From Alkalilimnicola ehrlichii MLHE-1 (GTDB lineage Bacteria; Pseudomonadota; Gammaproteobacteria; Nitrococcales; Halorhodospiraceae), in NCBI RefSeq assembly GCF_000014785.1, contig NC_008340.1:1170001-1202000 (forward strand): a DNA stretch of 32,000 nt, written 5' to 3'. The translations under genes were made by a program, and so were the position numbers. Positions 25,260 to 32,000 of the stretch are shown here, piece after piece. Position 1 is the stretch's first letter. Each line of letters begins with the position of its first letter. Under the pieces are notes generated by a model that was given only the letters and a program-made list of their open reading frames with translations, was not told where the DNA came from and ran no database searches.

Positions 25260-25580
25260 GCCGTATGGTGCCCACTGGGAAATGGAGCAGTGTAGCAGCA
25301 GACTGCGGCACAGGGTCGCGGAGCCCGCCCCCCGTCACGGAGAGCCGCGCGGCCGCAATGGCCGGACCGCCAGCCTCGACGCCGCATTCCGGTGAGAGTT
25401 AAGGCGTAAGTGTTAGTAAAAAACCCAAGAAAAACACTTGGTTGCAACAGTGATAAACCCGCAATAAAAAGGGGGTAAGACGCTTCCCGCCACTGGTGGC
25501 CGGGGCGTCCCGCCCTCAACGCACAGGGCAACGCTGTGGTTCTCAGCATCATATTCGCTACCGATTCAAGGAGGCTGGCG

Positions 25581-25706
25581 ATGGCTGGACATGAAGAGTT
25601 CGACGGGGAGAAGCACCCCCTGCTGTGGTTGCTGATTGTGGTACTCGGGTTGTTGGTGGGCCTCGTTCCCGGCGTTACAGGCATCGTGGCCCTGGTCGCC
25701 GGGTAA
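25581..25706 (+). CDS. 41-aa putative single-TM miniprotein
   Basis: MAGHEEFDGEKHPLLWLLIVVLGLLVGLVPGVTGIVALVAG*; preceded by AAGGAGG with 7-nt spacing. Below the length cutoff of the supplied track. Confidence 0.55.
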   Translation: MAGHEEFDGEKHPLLWLLIVVLGLLVGLVPGVTGIVALVAG

Positions 25707-25794
25707 GCGTTGTTGCCCGGGGCTCCGGGCGATGCCAGGGGGCTCCCCAAGCCCAACGGGGAGGCCCTCTTCCCGGCGGGCTTCGGCTCCCTGG

Positions 25795-27279
25795 TCAGGT
25801 ACCGCAGAAGGTCTGATAGACCTGCTGCTCCGGCCGGGGCGGGGCGGCCAGTGCCTCCGCCTCCGGCTGCGGGTCGTAGGGGCGGGTCAGCACCTGCAGC
25901 AGCCGGTCCATGGGGCCGAAATCCCCCCGCTCGGTGGCGGCATCCACCGCCCATTGGGCCAAGTGGTTGCGCAGGATGAACTTGGGGTTTACCGCCCGCA
26001 TGGCGGCCTGGCGTGCCGGCTCCGGCCGTCCCTCCTGGCGTAATCGCTGGATCCAGCGTGCGCGCCAGCCATCCAGGGCCTCGGGCCGGGCGAAGCAGCG
26101 TCGGGCGGGCCCTTCGTCGGGATCATCCATCCGCTCGTCGGAAAGGGCGCGGAAGACCTGGGTGAAGTCCGCCTGTTGCCGAGCCATGAGATCAAGCAAC
26201 TCGTGCGCCAGGTCGATGTCCCCGCGGCGGCTTTCGGCAAGGCCCAGCTTGGCCCGCAGTCGGGCATGGTGGCAGGCCTCGAAGCGCGGGAGGAAGCCGT
26301 TCAGCGCCTCCCCGGCCCGCGCCACGGCCTCGTCCTCATCCTCGTGCAGCAATGGCAGCAGGGTCTCCGCCAACCGGGTGAGGTTCCAGTGCGCGATCCG
26401 CGGCTGTTGGTCGAAGGCGTAACGGTTTTCAATGTCGATGGCGCTGTAGCAGGTCCTGGGGTGGTAGGCGTCCAGGAAGCCGAAGGGCCCGTAATCCAGG
26501 GTCTCGCCCACCAGCGAGGTGTTATCGGTGTTCATCACCCCGTGGATGAAGCCCACGCTGATCCAGTGGGCCACCAGCTCGGCAGTGCGATCGATCACCG
26601 CCTTCAATAACGCGAGATGGGGCCGCGCGTCGTCTGCCAGTTCCGGGTAATGGCGGGCGATAACGTAATCGGCCAGGGTCCTCAGGGCGTCGACATCCTC
26701 CCGCCAGTGGAAGTACTCGAAGGTGCCCACCCGCACATGGCTGTGCGCCACCCGGGTGAGGATGCCGCCGGGCTCCACCCGCTCGCGCAGCACCGGCTCC
26801 CCGGTGGTCACCGCCGCCAGCGAGCGGGTGGTGGGGATGCCCAGGGCGTGCATGGCCTCGCTCGCCAGGTATTCGCGGACCACCGGTCCGATGGGCGCCC
26901 GCCCGTCACCACCCCGGGAGAAGGGGGTGATGCCGGAGCCCTTGAGCTGAATGTCCCGGCGCCGGCCGTCCCTGTCCACTACCTCGCCCAACAGCACCGC
27001 CCGGCCATCACCCAGTTGCGGCACCCACTGCCCGAATTGGTGGCCGGCATAGGCCAGGGCGATGGGTTCCGCCCCCTCAGGCAGACGGTTGCCGGCGAAC
27101 ATCGCCAGGCCCGCCTTACCGCGTAAGGCCGCCACCTCCAGCCCCAATGCTTCGGCCAGAGGCTCGTTGAGCCGCACCAGACCGGGCTGTGCCACCGGGG
27201 TCGGCCGCACACGGGCAAAGAAGCGCTCGGGCAGCCGGGCGTAACTGTTGTCAAAGGGCCAGATAGGTTCTGCCGGCAT
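25795..27279 (-). CDS. selO: Protein adenylyltransferase SelO (YdiU/UPF0061)
   Basis: MPAEPIWPFDNSYARLPERFFARV...LAYAGHQFGQWVPQLGDGRAVLLGE...DGRRRDIQLKGSGITPFSRGGDGRAPIGPVVREYLASEAMHALGIPTTRSLA...NTDNTSLVGETLDYGPFGFLD...; ends YQTFCGT. Track start is 27315. Confidence 0.93.
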   Translation of the reverse strand: MPAEPIWPFDNSYARLPERFFARVRPTPVAQPGLVRLNEPLAEALGLEVAALRGKAGLAMFAGNRLPEGAEPIALAYAGHQFGQWVPQLGDGRAVLLGEVVDRDGRRRDIQLKGSGITPFSRGGDGRAPIGPVVREYLASEAMHALGIPTTRSLAAVTTGEPVLRERVEPGGILTRVAHSHVRVGTFEYFHWREDVDALRTLADYVIARHYPELADDARPHLALLKAVIDRTAELVAHWISVGFIHGVMNTDNTSLVGETLDYGPFGFLDAYHPRTCYSAIDIENRYAFDQQPRIAHWNLTRLAETLLPLLHEDEDEAVARAGEALNGFLPRFEACHHARLRAKLGLAESRRGDIDLAHELLDLMARQQADFTQVFRALSDERMDDPDEGPARRCFARPEALDGWRARWIQRLRQEGRPEPARQAAMRAVNPKFILRNHLAQWAVDAATERGDFGPMDRLLQVLTRPYDPQPEAEALAAPPRPEQQVYQTFCGT

Positions 27280-27412
27280 CGGGGCGGCTCCCTGTTGATT
27301 CCCTATGGCCGTCATAGTCTACTGAAGATGTTGATTGAATTGCTCAGTCATTGTGGGATCGCCCGCCGGGTGCGGTCGGGCGGCCCGGCATCGGGGGTGA
27401 GGGGGCCTGGTC

Positions 27413-28765
27413 ATGCGCACGTGGATTGCCATCCTGGCGGTGGTGCTAGTCCTGTTGCTCAACGCCTGTACCGACGGGCCGGAGGACGGCCCCCGGCTGG
27501 AGCACCCCGACGAGACGGGGGTGCTGCGGGTGGTGACGCGCAATAGCGCCACCACCTATTACCTGGACCGTCACGAGCGGGCGGTAGGGCCGGAGGTGGC
27601 GCTGGTGGAGGCGTTCGCGGACCACCGGGGCTGGACGGTGGACTGGACCGTGGCGGCCACCACGGCGGAAGTGCTGGATTACCTGGAGGCCGGCGCCGCC
27701 CACCTGGCCGCTGCCGGGCTGACGCACTTGGATTCGCGCAACCAACGCTTCGAGCGCGGCCCGGCCCACACCGAGATTACCCAGCAGGTGGTCTGTCACC
27801 GGGACCGGACCGACAAACCCCGCAGCCCGGAAGACCTGGAGGAGGTGGTGTTAAAGGTGACGGCCGCCTCCAGTTACGTGGAACGGCTGGAGGTCCTGGC
27901 GGAGCGCTATGACGCATTGACCTTCCAGGAGGATCAGCGCGGTTCGGAACAACTGCTGATGGCGGTGGAGGAGGGGCGGTTGGCGTGCACCGTTGCCGAC
28001 TCCAATATCGTGCGCCTCAACCGCCGCTACCTGCCCCACCTGGACGTCACGATGGATCTGACCGAGGGCCAGAACCTGGGCTGGTACCTGGCCGAGGGCC
28101 AGGAACGCCTGGCGCAGCAGGCCTTTGAGTGGATGAACAGCCGCGCCGGGGACGAGGTCATCGCGGCGATGGAGAACCGCTACTATACCTATGTCGGCGA
28201 GTTCGACTTCGTCGATCTGCGGGCGCTGAAACGGCGGATGGAAAGCCGCCTGCCGCGCTATCAGCGCCATTTTGAGCAGGCCGAGGCGGAGACCGATATG
28301 CCGGCGGACCTGCTCGCCGCGCTGGCCTACCAGGAATCGCACTGGGATCCACAGGCGCGCAGTCCCACCGGGGTGCGTGGCATGATGATGCTGACCGGCC
28401 GCACGGCCGAGTCCCTGGGTGTGAATGACCGCCTGGACCCGGAGCAGAGCATCATGGGCGGGGCCCGCTACCTCGCCGACCGGCACGAGCGGTTGCCCGA
28501 GCACATCCCTGAGCCGGACCGTACCTTCCTGGCCCTGGCCAGCTACAACGTCGGTCGCGGGCATCTTTTGGACGCCCGCCAGCTGGCCCGCGACCTGGGC
28601 CGGGACCCGGACGACTGGCAGGAGATGCGCGAGGTACTGCCCCTGCTCTCCGACGAGCGGTATTACCCGAACCTGCGCTACGGCTACGCCCGCGGCTATG
28701 AGCCGGTGCACTTCGTCGCCCGTATCCGCAACTACCGGGATGTGATCCGGCAGGCGTTCGAGTGA
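27413..28765 (+). CDS. mltF: Membrane-bound lytic murein transglycosylase F
   Basis: 450 aa; lipobox LLLNACT, periplasmic binding-like domain, SLT domain AALAYQESHWDPQARSPTGVRGMMMLTGRTAESLGV and LASYNVGRGHLLDARQL. Confidence 0.93.
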   Translation: MRTWIAILAVVLVLLLNACTDGPEDGPRLEHPDETGVLRVVTRNSATTYYLDRHERAVGPEVALVEAFADHRGWTVDWTVAATTAEVLDYLEAGAAHLAAAGLTHLDSRNQRFERGPAHTEITQQVVCHRDRTDKPRSPEDLEEVVLKVTAASSYVERLEVLAERYDALTFQEDQRGSEQLLMAVEEGRLACTVADSNIVRLNRRYLPHLDVTMDLTEGQNLGWYLAEGQERLAQQAFEWMNSRAGDEVIAAMENRYYTYVGEFDFVDLRALKRRMESRLPRYQRHFEQAEAETDMPADLLAALAYQESHWDPQARSPTGVRGMMMLTGRTAESLGVNDRLDPEQSIMGGARYLADRHERLPEHIPEPDRTFLALASYNVGRGHLLDARQLARDLGRDPDDWQEMREVLPLLSDERYYPNLRYGYARGYEPVHFVARIRNYRDVIRQAFE

Positions 28766-28976
28766 GTTCGTTTCCCCAACCGGTACGTGATGCCCGGGAA
28801 CCCGCCGCGCCCTTGGATTGGACACGGTCCCGAGTCTGTACTAATTCTGAAAGACAGCCATAGTTGCCTAGTTCTTAAGCTTGGTTTCCCTCTCGGCGTG
28901 GGCCCTGGCGTCCTTCGACCCGGGTGGCGATGCCATCGCTTGAGTCCGCGGTAGGGATTGCTGCCTGGGGGAAGGT

Positions 28977-31900
28977 ATGAAAAACGGGACGCAGGGGACC
29001 CGTCGGGGACGGCGCAGGCACAAGCCCGTTCCTGATCACCCGGTGGAGGGACCCGGGTGGCGCCGGGATCCTCTGGCGCTGGCCATCTCCGCGGCGTTGG
29101 CGTGCGGTGGGGCCTTCCCCTCTGCCAGTGCCGCCGGCAGTAGTATTACGGTCAAGGACAACAAGACCGAGACCGACATCTCCGACGCCCCCGGTGTCGA
29201 TGGCGGCACCCGCTACACCATCACCACCGAATCGCTGACCGATTCCGGCCGGACCGGCCTCAACGCATTTGCCGAGTTCATCCTGGCCAGCGGGGACCGG
29301 GCGGACCTGGTGTTGCCCGATGGCACCCTGAACCTCATCAACCTGGTCTACGACAGCCGCGCTAAGATCCACGGGGAACTGTTCAGTCAGCTGGACGGCG
29401 AGTTCGGCGAAGGGCACCTGCTGTTCGCCACGCCCCACGGGATGCTGGTGGGGGCGGAGGGGGCGATCAACGCCGGGGCGCTGACCGCCATCGCCCCCCG
29501 CTCCTCGCAACTGGATCGGATCCTGGACGGCGATGTCGGCCTCGGCGAACTGATGCGGGGCGAGGTTGAACTGGACCCGGAAGCCACCATCGAGATTCAG
29601 GGGGAGATCGACGCCGACCACGTGCGCCTGATCGGTCATCAGGTGCTGGTCCAGAGCGGCGCCCGGATCGAGATCGCCGACCCCATTGACGACCACGAGG
29701 CGGTGTTCGGCTCGGCGGTGAATATCGACGGCCTGGAGAGCGGGGCAGGGATCGCCGTCGACGCCGGCGACCTGGTCATCGCCGGTGAGCGCCGCGCCGA
29801 GGTCTATGGTGACCTGCTGGCCCAGGATGGCGGCGTGGTGGTGCGCGCCCACAACGTCGGGCGGTCGGACCTCGGGGTCACCCGGGCCGACGCGGAGGTG
29901 GCGATCGGCGGCCGGATCGAGGCCGAGGACATCACCCTGTCCGCCCGGGTCGATGCGGAGGCGGAACTGGACCTGGTGGAGGCGCTCAAGGGCCGGGTCG
30001 AGGCGCTGGTGCCGGAGGGGCTGGAAGAGGTCGCCGAGTCGGCCATCGACAGCGGACTGGAGGCCGTCGACGACGAGCTCGACAACCAGGATCTGCCGGA
30101 CTTCGGGCTTGGGCTCGGTCTGGTGGACGCCTCGGCCATCGTCACCCTGGAGGACGGTGCGGAACTGGACGCGGGCGGGAACGTGAACATCCATGCCGAG
30201 GCGCAGCGCACCGCCCGCGCCGAGGCGCATGCCGACGGCGACGGCCTCGGTGGCGCCTTCGCCCTGGCCTCGATCAGCGGGCAGACCGCGGTCACCGTGG
30301 AAGAGGGCGCGAGCATTGTGGCCGGCGGTGACATCGACCTGCGCGCGGCCAGTCACAATGAATTGGTGGCCGAGGCCGTCACCGAGGTGGGCGACGGTTT
30401 TGACGTCGGCCTGGGCGGCAGTGTGGCCCTGGGCTTCCTACAGTCGGAGCCGGAGGATGGCGGCACCACCGTCCAGGTGCAGGAGGGGGCGACCCTCGCC
30501 GCCGGGGGCGATCTCGGCCTGTCGGCGTTCACGGAACACGATGTCACCGTCGACGCCACCACCACGCTCGGCAGCGGGGGCGAGGCGGCTTTTGGCGCCA
30601 CGGTGGCCTACCTGGGTCTGGACTGGACCACCCGCACGCTGCTCACCGGCGGGGCGGTCGCCGACGACACCGTTGAACCCCCCGTGGGCATCGTCGCCGG
30701 CGGTGACCTGCGGATGGTGGCGCGCACCGACCAGGCGATCCACACCGGGGCCTCGGTGGAGACCACCGGCGACATCAGTGTGGGGCTGGCGGCGGCGGTG
30801 GCCGAGTTGAACAACACCACCCGCGTGGTCCTGGACGGTACGGTGCGGGCGGGCGGGGACGCGACCCTGCTGGCGGAATCCATCACCCGGGCGCAGCACA
30901 CCGTGGCCACCACCCGGGCCGCGGAGGACGCTGACAATAACGGCGGTAATGGCAACGACGGACCGGACGAGGCCGCCGACGATCAAGGCACCTCCGACTA
31001 CGTGGCCGGTCTGGTCGGTGACGTGGATACCGGCGAGCCGGAGGAGACCCCGGGTGCCGGTGGCAATGGCGGCCTGGCCCTGGATATCGGGGCGGCGGTG
31101 GCCTACACCGATGCCCGGGACAGCGCCAGCACCACCCTCGGAGGCAATACCCAGCTGTTGCCACCCGCCGGCCCGCTGGGACCGGGTGGCCAGGTGGCCA
31201 TCGTCTCCCGCCGGCAGTTGGACAATCTCTCCACCCGCGCCCGCTCCGGCACCGAGGCCACCGGCCCGGACGGTGACGACGGGGCCAACAGCATCAACGC
31301 GGCGGTCAGTTACGCCCGGCTTGACCAGATCGCCCGTACCGAGATCGCCGACGGTGCCCGCATCGAGGCCGGGCGCATCGGCGTTGGCGCCGAGGTGGAT
31401 CTGCCCGCACGGGTGGCGTGGGGTGACGAGGACAACGAGGACGGGCCGGGCGGGCTGGACGACATTGCGGGCGCTGACAGCGATGATCTGGACGACTGGT
31501 TGACCAGCGAGGCCAGCACGTCGTCGGAGACCGGCGGCACGGTGAATATCGCCGGGGCGGTGAACCTGCTGGACCTGACCGCCACTGCCGAGGCGCTGGT
31601 GGGCACTGGTGACGATCCCACCGATGTGACCACCCTGCACGCGGTGGGTGATGGCGGTGACTGGGAAACCGAGCTGGGCGGTGACACCACCTGGCACTGG
31701 GACGATGCCGTTGCCGTGGCGGCCCGCAGCCGGGTGGAGACCGTGGACGTGGCGGGGCAGGCGGCGGCCGCCGGCACCGTGGGTGTTGGTGGCGGCGTCA
31801 ACTGGCACCTGCGGGAGAGCACCGCCCGGGCGCGCCTGGCCGGCAGCGCGGATATCAGCGCCGACACCGGCGGCGTGTCGGTGTCCGCCGATCGTCGGGA

Positions 31901-32000
31901 CAGGGCCATCGTGCTCACCCCGATAGCCGGAGAGTCTGATGGTGGTGCCGTTGGCCTGGGGGCGTCGGTGGCCTATGCCCGTATCGACGGGACCAGCCAG
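28977..32000 (+). CDS. N-terminal ~1008 codons of a giant acidic filamentous-adhesin-like surface/exported protein (truncated by right window edge)
   Basis: Uninterrupted frame from ATG 28977 to the window end (final codons GGG ACC AGC CAG). Signal-like hydrophobic leader (DPLALAISAALACGGAFPSASAAG), then recurring AGGDhxLxA / TVEDGA beta-helix-like motifs. Resembles filamentous hemagglutinin/LktA-type adhesins. Confidence 0.8.
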   Translation, partial: MKNGTQGTRRGRRRHKPVPDHPVEGPGWRRDPLALAISAALACGGAFPSASAAGSSITVKDNKTETDISDAPGVDGGTRYTITTESLTDSGRTGLNAFAEFILASGDRADLVLPDGTLNLINLVYDSRAKIHGELFSQLDGEFGEGHLLFATPHGMLVGAEGAINAGALTAIAPRSSQLDRILDGDVGLGELMRGEVELDPEATIEIQGEIDADHVRLIGHQVLVQSGARIEIADPIDDHEAVFGSAVNIDGLESGAGIAVDAGDLVIAGERRAEVYGDLLAQDGGVVVRAHNVGRSDLGVTRADAEVAIGGRIEAEDITLSARVDAEAELDLVEALKGRVEALVPEGLEEVAESAIDSGLEAVDDELDNQDLPDFGLGLGLVDASAIVTLEDGAELDAGGNVNIHAEAQRTARAEAHADGDGLGGAFALASISGQTAVTVEEGASIVAGGDIDLRAASHNELVAEAVTEVGDGFDVGLGGSVALGFLQSEPEDGGTTVQVQEGATLAAGGDLGLSAFTEHDVTVDATTTLGSGGEAAFGATVAYLGLDWTTRTLLTGGAVADDTVEPPVGIVAGGDLRMVARTDQAIHTGASVETTGDISVGLAAAVAELNNTTRVVLDGTVRAGGDATLLAESITRAQHTVATTRAAEDADNNGGNGNDGPDEAADDQGTSDYVAGLVGDVDTGEPEETPGAGGNGGLALDIGAAVAYTDARDSASTTLGGNTQLLPPAGPLGPGGQVAIVSRRQLDNLSTRARSGTEATGPDGDDGANSINAAVSYARLDQIARTEIADGARIEAGRIGVGAEVDLPARVAWGDEDNEDGPGGLDDIAGADSDDLDDWLTSEASTSSETGGTVNIAGAVNLLDLTATAEALVGTGDDPTDVTTLHAVGDGGDWETELGGDTTWHWDDAVAVAARSRVETVDVAGQAAAAGTVGVGGGVNWHLRESTARARLAGSADISADTGGVSVSADRRDRAIVLTPIAGESDGGAVGLGASVAYARIDGTSQ

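Noticed and set aside
25489-25500. GCCAC-TG-GTGGC short palindrome as a terminator
   Set aside because: Short arms, no T-tract, and the flanking gene ends are not near enough on the appropriate strands.
25795-25797. TGA at the end of selO as a possible selenocysteine codon
   Set aside because: The protein already ends in a complete-looking FCGT terminus and the following bases give no conserved extension; treated as a normal stop.
28875-31808. Two long minus-strand ORFs (493 and 456 aa)
   Set aside because: They are antisense to the adhesin frame, their Gly/Ala/Val/His/Arg-rich sequences resemble no family, and antisense open frames are expected in high-GC DNA.

Overview
The window is ordinary high-GC, coding-dense gammaproteobacterial-type chromosome. 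I found no CRISPR array, rRNA, tRNA or IS element. From left to right I can support: the C-terminal end of a P-type cation ATPase; a DsbA/FrnE-like oxidoreductase; a membrane alpha/beta-hydrolase; a minus-strand acetone carboxylase cluster (acxA-acxB-acxC plus an AcoR/AcxR-type sigma-54 activator); a glutaredoxin-like protein; a small membrane protein; a Tat-type DUF882/M15 (YcbK-like) peptidase; a ~790 bp non-coding interval with palindromic REP/MITE-like units and a 29-bp tandem repeat; thiI; an acyl carrier protein; a Pat-type acyl-CoA synthetase/GNAT fusion; a GIY-YIG (DUF123) protein; a TonB-dependent copper receptor; gloA; a Mn/Zn/Fe ABC transporter (3 genes); an MFS transporter; a 41-aa putative membrane miniprotein; selO; mltF; and the first ~1008 codons of a very large acidic filamentous-adhesin-like protein that runs off the right edge and is missing from the supplied ORF track. 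The most useful observations are: (1) a -24/-12 sigma-54 promoter upstream of acxA with a perfect 11-bp inverted repeat and an IHF-like site placed like an activator UAS; (2) the repeat cluster next to thiI; (3) the truncated giant adhesin; (4) a sigma-70 promoter overlapped by a 6-1-6 dyad upstream of the metal ABC operon. I did not find a clearly novel multi-gene system.
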